From NCBI GenBank assembly GCA_964429135.1, contig CAYSAU010000010.1:5642-69641 (forward strand): a stretch of DNA of 64,000 bases, given 5' to 3'. A model generated the notes under the pieces. It made no database searches. It saw only the letters and a program-made list of their open reading frames with translations, and had not been told where the DNA came from. The position numbers and the translations under genes are program-made. Position 1 is the first letter of the stretch. Each line of letters begins with the position of its first letter. This DNA comes from an uncultured Prolixibacteraceae bacterium (lineage in GTDB: Bacteria > Bacteroidota > Bacteroidia > Bacteroidales > FEN-979). This document shows, piece after piece, positions 48,716-57,392 of this stretch.

Positions 48716-50614
48716 TTGAAAAATTTCAATAAAATTCATTGGAGTATCGCTCTTTTAATGGTGATATCCGTCATCTTAATGATTACGGTTATATCTTGCC
48801 GAAGGACTCATTCAAATGACAACAAGCTTAAAACCACAGGATTGTTATCATTAGCCGATTCACTCAGCCATTTCAATCCGGCCAAGGCTGATTCTCTTTA
48901 TCGCTTAATACTTGCGGATAGCAATGTGAATGGGACCAAGGTACAGGTCATGTCATTGGTCGGAAGATCGGAAATATGTTCAGGCCGTTCGCATTATGAT
49001 TCAGCCCTATCATTAATTAATCAAGCCTTAGATATCTCTGCCCTTGCAGGTGACAGTTCATTGATTATGACGGTTCTTCTTACGAAAGGGGGTTTACAGG
49101 TGGAACTGGGTAATAATGAGAAGGCTGGGGAATGTTTTCAGCAAGGCTTGTCTATTGCAAATAGAAAAAGCAGCCTTGAGAATGTGAATGCTTTCAGTCT
49201 TGCGCTTGGATCTATAGAAATGGATAATGGAAATTTTCAAGAAGCCATAAGGATATATACTGAAGCTTTAAAATTTGCTGAAAAAACAGGAAATATCAAG
49301 AATACTGCACTTGCTCTGGAAAATATCGGACTGGCGCTTAATTATACCGGTGATTTAAAAGAAGCTCTTGGGTATATCAGGCAAGCCCTGCAAATACGAA
49401 AAAAGAACAACCTGCTTCGTGAATATGCCATGGGATTACAGAATCTTGGAATTACTTACAGGAAACTTGATATGCTTGATTCTGCCCTCAAATGTTATGA
49501 CCAGTCAAAAGAAATACTCAATCGACTACATGATTCGAATACCCTGGTGAGAGTGATGTACAATACAGGGATTGTACTCAAAAATCAGAAGAAATACAGT
49601 GTTGCAGCACAAGCCATGGAAGAAGTACTGGCAATTTGTCGTAAAAAGGGCATTTTTGATGGTGAAGTTTTTGCATTGCATACACTGGCAGCAATATATG
49701 ACGAAGAAGGTGAAACAGGGAAAGGAATCAAATATTCAGATAGTGCAATAGTACTTGCCAGGCAGCGTAAGCTGATTTCCGATTTGCCTAATTTGCTTGA
49801 AAGGAGGCAGGATCTTCTGGCCAAAACCGGAAATTACAAAGAAGCTTATATCAATGCACTGAGATATATGGAACTATCCGACAGTCTTCTTTCTCTCAGT
49901 AAACAAACAGAAATAGCAAAGATTAAAACCTGCTTTGAAACGGAACGCAAAGAGGCTGAGAATATTCTATTGAAAAAGGATATTGAAATTCAAAAATCAA
50001 GAAACTGGTTACTCGTGATAGGTTCCTTGCTTGGTTTCCTGGTATTTATTGTTTTAGTGACCATGTTGATCATCAGGCAAAAACAGGTCAAACAACAAAA
50101 GCAACTGGCTGAAGAAAGATCAATAAGGCTTGAGCAGGAAAAAATGAAAAAGGAAATTGAGCTGGAAAAAATTCAGATCGAAACTCAATTGAAAGAACAG
50201 GAACTGGTCTTTCAAACGCTTAAACAAGCTGATCTTACTCAGATTAACCGCTCTGTTCAGGAAAAATTATCCTTATTTAAAATGAAGTTTTCCAGAAAAA
50301 GGGATCAGGAAGAATTTGAACAAATGCTGAGTGAATTGACCCGTGAAGCCAACCGGGAACCCATGTCGGAATTTGATTTACTCTTCCGGAAACTGCATGC
50401 TTCATTTTATGAAAAACTGCTTCAGCTTTGCCCTGATTTATCAAGGGCAGAATTACAGGTTTGTGCCCTGGTCCGATTGAATCTGAATTCAAAAGATATC
50501 GCCCGCCTGATCAATATCTCCGTATCCACTGTTGAAACAACCCGCCATCATATTCGAAAAAAACTGTCATTAGAACCTGGTGACAACCTGACATCATTTC
50601 TGATTACCATTTAA
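48716..50614 (+). CDS. Transmembrane one-component regulator: periplasmic TPR sensor + TM + coiled coil + LuxR-type HTH
   Basis: N-terminal anchor, TPR-like repeats over about 400 aa, a TM helix (WLLVIGSLLGFLVFIVLVTMLII), a Lys/Glu/Gln-rich coiled coil, and a C-terminal LuxR HTH (RAELQVCALVRLNLNSKDIARLINISVSTVETTRHHIRKKL). Apparent TTG start. Confidence 0.8.
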   Translation: MKNFNKIHWSIALLMVISVILMITVISCRRTHSNDNKLKTTGLLSLADSLSHFNPAKADSLYRLILADSNVNGTKVQVMSLVGRSEICSGRSHYDSALSLINQALDISALAGDSSLIMTVLLTKGGLQVELGNNEKAGECFQQGLSIANRKSSLENVNAFSLALGSIEMDNGNFQEAIRIYTEALKFAEKTGNIKNTALALENIGLALNYTGDLKEALGYIRQALQIRKKNNLLREYAMGLQNLGITYRKLDMLDSALKCYDQSKEILNRLHDSNTLVRVMYNTGIVLKNQKKYSVAAQAMEEVLAICRKKGIFDGEVFALHTLAAIYDEEGETGKGIKYSDSAIVLARQRKLISDLPNLLERRQDLLAKTGNYKEAYINALRYMELSDSLLSLSKQTEIAKIKTCFETERKEAENILLKKDIEIQKSRNWLLVIGSLLGFLVFIVLVTMLIIRQKQVKQQKQLAEERSIRLEQEKMKKEIELEKIQIETQLKEQELVFQTLKQADLTQINRSVQEKLSLFKMKFSRKRDQEEFEQMLSELTREANREPMSEFDLLFRKLHASFYEKLLQLCPDLSRAELQVCALVRLNLNSKDIARLINISVSTVETTRHHIRKKLSLEPGDNLTSFLITI

Positions 50615-50862
50615 TTTTAGAATATTCTCCTGCAATTTACCTGTTTGGTACTGTTAACAATTTGATTAACTTAATGTTATCGTATTCTTTGTCGCTTTCT
50701 TCCCGGAAGTGAGATGGATGATGGTTCATTTATTCATGTTTAACCATTTAAAAATATGTTAATTATGTAATGGAATCAAGGAAAAACCCAGATTTTTCCG
50801 CAAGAAAAAACTTGACTGAACTCATTCCAGTGACGTACATTTAACGCATCAAAGCCAAATTG

Positions 50863-51276
50863 ATGGTTGTCGGGAAAGCAATTCATGTTCATACGATCCT
50901 TTTAGCATTAAAAAGTAATATTGATTCAGAATCAATTTTACCTTTATTAACAAGAGCTGACCGGAAAATCTTTTTAGCAGATACCTTAAATATTATGATG
51001 AGTACATGGCTGGAGCATCCTGAAATTGAAATGGTTTTCATCAGTATGAATCTGGCATTTGAGCATGGTTTGAATCCCTTGGAAAGAATTAGAAAATTCC
51101 GGCCTGAAATTCCGATTGTGTTGCTTTCAGATTTTGTTTCACTGGAATCAATTCGTCTCGCCACCTTGGCTGATTGTAATGAGATTATGCAAAACCCAAT
51201 CAATGTGGAGGCTTTGAATGCTGTCATTGAAAAATACCTTCCTGATTCCCCAGATAGTCCAAATTCATTTGTTTAA
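50863..51276 (+). CDS. Receiver-like (pseudo-receiver) domain protein
   Basis: REC-like layout (…EMVFISMNLAFEHGLNPLERIRKFRPEIPIVLLSD…IMQNPINVEALNAVIEKYL). Ser replaces the phospho-acceptor Asp, there is no N-terminal acidic pair, and Gln replaces the conserved Lys. Confidence 0.5.
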   Translation: MVVGKAIHVHTILLALKSNIDSESILPLLTRADRKIFLADTLNIMMSTWLEHPEIEMVFISMNLAFEHGLNPLERIRKFRPEIPIVLLSDFVSLESIRLATLADCNEIMQNPINVEALNAVIEKYLPDSPDSPNSFV

Positions 51277-51295
51277 CTTAAAAATTTATTTACTT

Positions 51296-52114
51296 ATGAA
51301 AAATCTGAATGTTGAAACTAAAATTCTGTTGACTTTGTTTTTCTTTTTATTACTATCCATGAATAAGATCAGTGCACAGGAGGAAAAACAAAAAGTGGAC
51401 ATGACAGAACTAGCCAAGAAAACCCAGAATCCTGTTGAATCGATGATACAGTTGCCATTCAGCTACTATGGTAATTTTAATTGGGGACCTACTAAGGCGT
51501 TTTCCTCCACCCTTGAAATGAAACCGGTGGTTCCGGTTAAACTCAGTAAAGGATTAAATCTGATCCTTCGTGCCATTGTTCCGGTAGTTTTTCTTCCCAC
51601 ACCGGTTAGCAAGTCTGGTATATCGGATATTCAGCTTCAATTTTTCCTGGCTCCATCCAAAGCGAAAAAGTTTATCTGGGGTGCTGGTCCCATGGTGACC
51701 TTCCCCACGGGTGTGCCTTATGAGCTTTGTTCAGGTAAATGGACTGCCGGTCCTATCGCGGTGGGTTTATTCATGATGAAACGATGGGTGGTAGGCGTAT
51801 TAGCGAATCAGCGGTGGTCCTTTGCCGGAGATGGTTCTATGCCTGACATTAATCAATTATATATCAATGCATTTGCCAACTATAACTTCAAAAATGGATG
51901 GGCAATTTCCTATGCTCCGGAAATTTATGCCAACTGGAAGGAAGCCTCGGCAGATATATGGACAGTACCGGTAGGGCTGGCAGGCATAAAAGCTTTCCAC
52001 ATTGGAAAGCAGATGATGTCAGCAAACCTTGGTTATTATTATAATGTTGTCCGCCCGACAGGAGCCGCCAATATGTATGTAAAAGCAGGAATAAGCCTGT
52101 TATTTCCAAAATGA
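51296..52114 (+). CDS. Outer-membrane beta-barrel channel ('transporter' / MetA-pathway-of-phenol-degradation-like family, from memory)
   Basis: The ATG at 51296 gives a signal peptide ending ...KISAQ. LAKKTQNPVESMIQLPFSYYGNFNWGP....LEMKPVVPV..S.GLNLILRAIVPV fits the L.NP...l..P.q.n...g......l..qPviP...nli.R..vP pattern I recall for this family. It ends in an aromatic-rich strand. Confidence 0.55.
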   Translation: MKNLNVETKILLTLFFFLLLSMNKISAQEEKQKVDMTELAKKTQNPVESMIQLPFSYYGNFNWGPTKAFSSTLEMKPVVPVKLSKGLNLILRAIVPVVFLPTPVSKSGISDIQLQFFLAPSKAKKFIWGAGPMVTFPTGVPYELCSGKWTAGPIAVGLFMMKRWVVGVLANQRWSFAGDGSMPDINQLYINAFANYNFKNGWAISYAPEIYANWKEASADIWTVPVGLAGIKAFHIGKQMMSANLGYYYNVVRPTGAANMYVKAGISLLFPK

Positions 52115-52134
52115 TCAACCAATATCAGAGAAGT

Positions 52135-53877
52135 ATGAAAAAAACAGTAATGATTGTTATTACCTGCCTGTATCTGTTTTCAGGTTCAAGGCTGTGGTCT
52201 CAAACCATCGATCCTGATTTATATCCCGCCTCAGATAACAAGGAATGGGGTCAACTCTTATGGAACCTGAAGCTGGCCGACCAGGACCTCTCAGATTTCA
52301 CACACTACCGTTCGGTCGACCAGCAAGGAGTCAGCGCTAATCGTTATACCATTGCTTTTGCCTCCTATTTTCTGGCGCTGGAGCAGTACCATAAATTCCC
52401 TGCCTGGAGTGAAGCCATTCAACCGGCATTCGACCGGTTGATCCAGAGAATGTTGCAAAAACCTGTATGGGAGTACTGGGCAAACGAGAGCTTCGGGATC
52501 ACCAAATTTGAACCCAATATGGACCGTCCCTATGCCTCCTCCTCCGATCCGGTGGGATATGCAAACATCATGTATTCCGGACATCTGGGGATGATGATCA
52601 ACCTTTACCAGATGCTGTACCACGACATGAAATGGGACAAACCCGGATCCATTGTGTTCCAGTGGGATGAAAAGACACGGTTCGTGTACGACAACAGACG
52701 CTTGCAGGAGGTGATGTTCATTCAGAACATCACCAATCCGGTGCCGGGTATCGAATGCGAACGAAATGCTGTATTCCCTGCCTGCAACACCCATCCCATG
52801 ATCAGCTACTTGTTGTTTGATCAGATGCACAATACCCGTTTTTTCCAAGCAGCCCGCGCGGTGTATGATCCCTGGTGTGAAAAAATCTTTATCAACCCCG
52901 ACACCAAAGATTTTGCCTCTTTTTACCTCATCAAGCAGGGATGGGCCTTTTCGGGATGGAACCCCCGGTATGGCAATAAAATGGATGCGGTGATGGCAGA
53001 GATGGTGAAAAAAGGAGTTGATTTCAACTCAGGAGGTAACGATGGCTGGATCGGCACCTTTATGCATGCCTGGCGTCCTGAATTGATTGAAAACAATTAC
53101 CCCTATCTGAAAAAGAAACATTACAAAGACTTGCCGGGGGGTAAAGCAATGTTGACGAAAGATGTGATCGCTCCGGATTGTTACTATGGTTTCTTCGCAA
53201 CGCTTGCGGCCGAAGTAGGTGATGAAATGGCCAGAGAAGCGCTGTTGAAAACGGTTGACAGCATCTATTCACCGGTGTGGGAAGAGGGCACTTTTCGATA
53301 TCCCTTTATGGATGATGTTCCCACTGTAAACCTGGCTGCAGCTGATGGAGAGAAAAAAACCGAACCCCCGGCAGCCCAGGTTCAAACGCCGGACATTTCG
53401 AAACAGCCGCTTTCCCAACCAAACAAAGGAAAAGAGCCATCCGGTCTCTGTTGTAAATCAACACAAATCAAAGGTCATGGAGATGCCACGAATATGAAAA
53501 CATTCCCGTCTCATTCTGATTTGGCCGATCGTCTGATAGCCATTGCACGGGCGCTTCCGGCAAAAGGATTATACACCATGGTCAACAACCCGTTTGATTC
53601 TGTACACTTTTCGGAACCCGCCATCACAGGGGTGGACATAACCAGGGTGATCCTGAAGAGGGCCGTTTATGACCGAGGGAACAAGTTGCTCATCGTTTCA
53701 ACGATCGGGAAGAAGGATGGGGGAAATACCTCTTTAAAAATAATCAACCTGAACCCATTTAAAACCTATTCCATAGAGATCGATAAAACGCATTACAAGG
53801 ATGTGGTAAATAAACCGGATCATATCATCATCATAGATCCAGGTAAATCACATGATATCATCGTGAGAGAGAAATAA
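52135..53877 (+). CDS. Exported linalool dehydratase/isomerase (Ldi)-like (alpha/alpha)6-barrel protein with extra C-terminal domain
   Basis: Signal peptide MKKTVMIVITCLYLFSGSRLWSQ. RYTIAFASYFLA, NIMYSGHLGMMINLYQML, GIECERNAVFPACNTHPMISYLLFDQMHNT and INPDTKDFASFYL parallel remembered Castellaniella Ldi blocks ([72 protein letters not shown]). Confidence 0.6.
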   Translation: MKKTVMIVITCLYLFSGSRLWSQTIDPDLYPASDNKEWGQLLWNLKLADQDLSDFTHYRSVDQQGVSANRYTIAFASYFLALEQYHKFPAWSEAIQPAFDRLIQRMLQKPVWEYWANESFGITKFEPNMDRPYASSSDPVGYANIMYSGHLGMMINLYQMLYHDMKWDKPGSIVFQWDEKTRFVYDNRRLQEVMFIQNITNPVPGIECERNAVFPACNTHPMISYLLFDQMHNTRFFQAARAVYDPWCEKIFINPDTKDFASFYLIKQGWAFSGWNPRYGNKMDAVMAEMVKKGVDFNSGGNDGWIGTFMHAWRPELIENNYPYLKKKHYKDLPGGKAMLTKDVIAPDCYYGFFATLAAEVGDEMAREALLKTVDSIYSPVWEEGTFRYPFMDDVPTVNLAAADGEKKTEPPAAQVQTPDISKQPLSQPNKGKEPSGLCCKSTQIKGHGDATNMKTFPSHSDLADRLIAIARALPAKGLYTMVNNPFDSVHFSEPAITGVDITRVILKRAVYDRGNKLLIVSTIGKKDGGNTSLKIINLNPFKTYSIEIDKTHYKDVVNKPDHIIIIDPGKSHDIIVREK

Positions 53878-53899
53878 TTCTAATGACTAAAAAACCATT

Positions 53900-54565
53900 A
53901 TGAAAACAAGAAAAATTTATCTCAGCCTTATAACAGTAGTTGCTGCATTTGTAATCATATCGTGTGGTTCGCCAGTCACATTGACAAGCTGGAAGAACCC
54001 GGCTGACGATTCAAAGATTTCGAAAGTTGTGGTAATGCCCCTGTTCGATAAGCTTGAATACATGAAACCATTTGAACAGTCGATGGATGCCTATTTTATC
54101 ACCCAGGGACTGAAAGCGCTTGGGTCGCTTGATATACTGAATCCAAGTATCAAGTATACAGTTTCTGATATCAAAAAGAAGTGCGACAGTCTGGGCTCCG
54201 ATGCTATTTTGGTATTCGTTTACAAAGGCACTGATAAATCGGAAAGCTACGTTCCTCCTACCACTTATACAACCGGCGGGTTTGGTGGTTCCTGGGGCGG
54301 CGGATACTGGGGCGGTGGTTTTTATGGCGGAGTAGGCTTCGATAGCGGCAGTACTGTAACAACCGGAGGCTATTGGACTACTACTTCCGTGGTAAACCTG
54401 AAAGCAAGTTTATACACAAAATCTTCGGCTGAGGCTATCTGGACCGGTGACATTACGGTAACCGACCCGAACTATGTTGACCAGTCGGCCACAACAATTG
54501 CACAGGACATCTATGCCGACTGGCAGAAAAATGATCTTTTAAAATATCCACCGGTGAAAAAATAG
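53900..54565 (+). CDS. Lipoprotein with Gly/aromatic-rich low-complexity insert
   Basis: Lipobox AAFVIISC. Central tract TTGGFGGSWGGGYWGGGFYGGVGFDSGSTVTTGGYW. The flanks look like a small alpha/beta lipoprotein domain, possibly DUF4136-like (weak). Confidence 0.6.
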   Translation: MKTRKIYLSLITVVAAFVIISCGSPVTLTSWKNPADDSKISKVVVMPLFDKLEYMKPFEQSMDAYFITQGLKALGSLDILNPSIKYTVSDIKKKCDSLGSDAILVFVYKGTDKSESYVPPTTYTTGGFGGSWGGGYWGGGFYGGVGFDSGSTVTTGGYWTTTSVVNLKASLYTKSSAEAIWTGDITVTDPNYVDQSATTIAQDIYADWQKNDLLKYPPVKK

Positions 54566-54625
54566 TGTGGACAAGTTAAATCAAATCAATTCCATTAAAA
54601 CAGGGAATATTAAAAATCACATCAT

Positions 54626-56026
54626 ATGAAAAAAATGACAGTCATTCTTTGGGTATGTTTGATCCCCTTGCTTTTTGCAGGGTGCACCCCGAAACCAGCG
54701 GAAAACAAAGCTGAAACCAATGATCCGAATGTTACAAGAACCCTTGCCGCCGTGGCAATGGAGAGTTATGAGACAGGATTGAATAAATACAAGGTGGCCT
54801 TTTATTACTGGTATGACCACCTCATGGACGGGGAAATCCCACCGGCAAATGTGGCTGAAGCGGGCAAAAAACTTGATCTTGCCCTGGCGGAAATCAACGC
54901 CAACTCTTTTGATAAGGCTTATGTCCTGATGAACCAGGCCGATTCCCTGCTGGATGTGCATGTGAAAAGCGACACTCTTTTCCCCTACGAGACCGACAAA
55001 CCCATGGAAAAACAGGATGCTTCGAAGGTTTATAAAGCCAAAGCAAAGGATTACCTGGTGCTGGAACGTTATGGCGTGAAGATGAACGACGTGGGGCCAT
55101 CTATATGGGGATACTGCGACGATGGGGAATACTACCTGATCACCACGTTCTACAACTATCATGCCCGCGGTCATATCATCAAACCAGTAGTTGTGGAAGT
55201 CATAACCACGAAAGATCCCACAAAACGGTATGTTTACCTGCTGAACGGGGAAACAAAAGTGAAATCAAACGAGAACAGCGTTGAATATTTCGTGGAGGAT
55301 GGGGCTAAAAGTTTCCGTACCATTATCACAGATGACCCGATCGGCGGCGGGACAACCTGTCATTCTATTGGGATTTTCGGGGCCGTAGAGGGAAAGGCTC
55401 CGGCAATCAGCTTTGATGTGACTACAACTCCATCGTTTTCCTACTGGTATAACCAGAATCTGGGAGCGGCCATGATGTATCCCGACATCGTCCTGGCCGG
55501 TTTCGAGCAACCCGGACCTGCCTGGGGCACTGTCACCATGGACGGAAAGACTGCAACCTTCAACAAGACAGCCGGCGGAGTCACGGAAGTTTGCATGATC
55601 AGCGGGGCTCCGGGTAAGAAGTACGATGAATACCGCACCAACATGACCAGGTATGGCAACGAATGGTATATCCCCTTCCATTCTGACCAGTTGGACGGGA
55701 TTTTCATCTGCTACGGAAAATTCCGCGACGGGGCCCTCTGGTACAAGGGCAAGTATATCATTCCCACCGAGTACCAACTGATTCCTGGCATAGCAAACCA
55801 AACCCTGACCCTGAAAGCAAAGACGAAGGAGTATGGCGAACTGGTCCTGAATTTCAGGATCATGTTGCACGACCCGGTATATACCGAGCGCGTGGCAGTG
55901 ATGGATGGCAGTTTCGACGGGCAGATCCTTACCAACGGAGGCGCCTGGTTCGAGCATGTGTTCAAGGGAGCGCCCGACGGGATCAAAGCGGTTCAGGAGT
56001 CACCGCAGATCGTAAATCCCTTGTAG
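54626..56026 (+). CDS. Lipoprotein of unknown family, paralog A
   Basis: Lipobox LLFAGC. An N-terminal helical region is followed by a beta-rich region. It shares blocks with the next gene (YGNEWYIPFHSDQ, GKYIIP, NGGAWFEH). Confidence 0.65.
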   Translation: MKKMTVILWVCLIPLLFAGCTPKPAENKAETNDPNVTRTLAAVAMESYETGLNKYKVAFYYWYDHLMDGEIPPANVAEAGKKLDLALAEINANSFDKAYVLMNQADSLLDVHVKSDTLFPYETDKPMEKQDASKVYKAKAKDYLVLERYGVKMNDVGPSIWGYCDDGEYYLITTFYNYHARGHIIKPVVVEVITTKDPTKRYVYLLNGETKVKSNENSVEYFVEDGAKSFRTIITDDPIGGGTTCHSIGIFGAVEGKAPAISFDVTTTPSFSYWYNQNLGAAMMYPDIVLAGFEQPGPAWGTVTMDGKTATFNKTAGGVTEVCMISGAPGKKYDEYRTNMTRYGNEWYIPFHSDQLDGIFICYGKFRDGALWYKGKYIIPTEYQLIPGIANQTLTLKAKTKEYGELVLNFRIMLHDPVYTERVAVMDGSFDGQILTNGGAWFEHVFKGAPDGIKAVQESPQIVNPL

Positions 56027-56089
56027 AAAACGAATCAACCACATGCTTGAATAAAAAATCCTATTATTGTTTCACTTAATCCAAACACC

Positions 56090-57391
56090 ATGAAAAGTAA
56101 ATTTTACCTGCTGTTTTTCTTCACCGGAATGGGACTGCTGATCAACGGCGGCTGTTCAACCCAGCCAAAGCTTACCAAAGAAGAAGCCACCCAGAAGCTG
56201 GCTGACCTTAAAATGAAATATGATATTGCAAACACCCAGTGGTATGATATTTATAACCAGGGACTGATTCCCGGGGCTGAAGAAGCCGGCAAGTTTATTG
56301 TGCAGGCGCAAAATGCCCTGGATTCAGGAGAGATGAAAAAGGCAGAAGCCCTGATTGTTCAGGCCGATACGTTACTGAAGACCTATACCATGGCCAACCT
56401 GCCCGATTACGATCCGCCGACTCCGCTGGCCAATCCTGCCGATCACGGCAAAGTGCACAAGGCCACCTTACAGGATCTAAGGTCCATGGAGTTTTATGGT
56501 GTTCCGAGATGGAATTACTGGTTCAATTTTGTTGGGAAAGCCGACGACGAAACCCTGTACATGGCATATGCCTACATCAACCATCATGGTACTGGAAAGA
56601 TCACCCCACCCATTGTTTTTGCCATGAGTACGAGCAAAGACCCTTCCAATATTCTGAAGGTGAAATTCACCGGTGAGCCTACGCTGAAAGACACGAAAGA
56701 TGCGCGTATCTGGATTGTCAGGGAGGATGATAAAACATTAACATACACTTTAAAAGATGGCAAAGTGGGGATTAAATTCGAGTCAAAAGAGCTTACCGTG
56801 GATGTGGCCTCCGTCATGCAGTATTCGTTCTGGTACAACAAGAATGTAAATTATGCCGAGATGATGCCGGGAGCCCCCATGGCGGGGTTTGAAGAGACCG
56901 GTGCCGCGGAGGGTTACTTTCTGATAAACGGTGAGAAAATCCCTGTAAAAGGCTTTGGAGAATCCGAGAACCTGTTTTGCGGTGGCAAAGGAGTTGACTA
57001 TCGCAGTGCGCTGATCAAATATGGAAACGAATGGTGGGTGCCATTCCACTCCGATCAGGCTCAGGGGCTAATCTGCATGACTGGAAAATATAAGGATGCA
57101 GGCCTATACCTCAACGGGAAATATGTGGTCCCTTCATCGGTTGAAGTGGTGCCGATTGAAGCGAACAAATCTTTCAAACTGAACCTGAAGACTTCGGAAG
57201 GAGATCTTGACCTGATTATCACTTGCTGGGGATGGGATCCTCCGCTGTATGAACATTGGGCCACCTGTGAAGGGACTTTCAACGGACAAAACCTTACCAA
57301 CGGCTATGCATGGCTGGAGCACATCCCGCAGGGAGGAGTGAACAATAGTCCTCCGGTTGGAGGAAGAAAAGGATTACCAGAGAAAAAGTAA
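56090..57391 (+). CDS. Lipoprotein of unknown family, paralog B
   Basis: Lipobox LINGGC. It shares blocks with paralog A (YGNEWWVPFHSDQ, GKYVVP, NGYAWLEH, and the N-terminal WYD...IP...EAGK helix). Confidence 0.65.
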   Translation: MKSKFYLLFFFTGMGLLINGGCSTQPKLTKEEATQKLADLKMKYDIANTQWYDIYNQGLIPGAEEAGKFIVQAQNALDSGEMKKAEALIVQADTLLKTYTMANLPDYDPPTPLANPADHGKVHKATLQDLRSMEFYGVPRWNYWFNFVGKADDETLYMAYAYINHHGTGKITPPIVFAMSTSKDPSNILKVKFTGEPTLKDTKDARIWIVREDDKTLTYTLKDGKVGIKFESKELTVDVASVMQYSFWYNKNVNYAEMMPGAPMAGFEETGAAEGYFLINGEKIPVKGFGESENLFCGGKGVDYRSALIKYGNEWWVPFHSDQAQGLICMTGKYKDAGLYLNGKYVVPSSVEVVPIEANKSFKLNLKTSEGDLDLIITCWGWDPPLYEHWATCEGTFNGQNLTNGYAWLEHIPQGGVNNSPPVGGRKGLPEKK

Positions 57392-57392
57392 T

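Noticed and set aside
54617-55957. Antisense ORFs 54617..55174, 55265..55957 and 55441..55707 opposite paralog A
   Set aside because: The plus-strand frame has a lipobox and a paralog with shared motifs. The antisense translations are Arg/Gly/His-rich with no recognisable features, so they are shadow ORFs.
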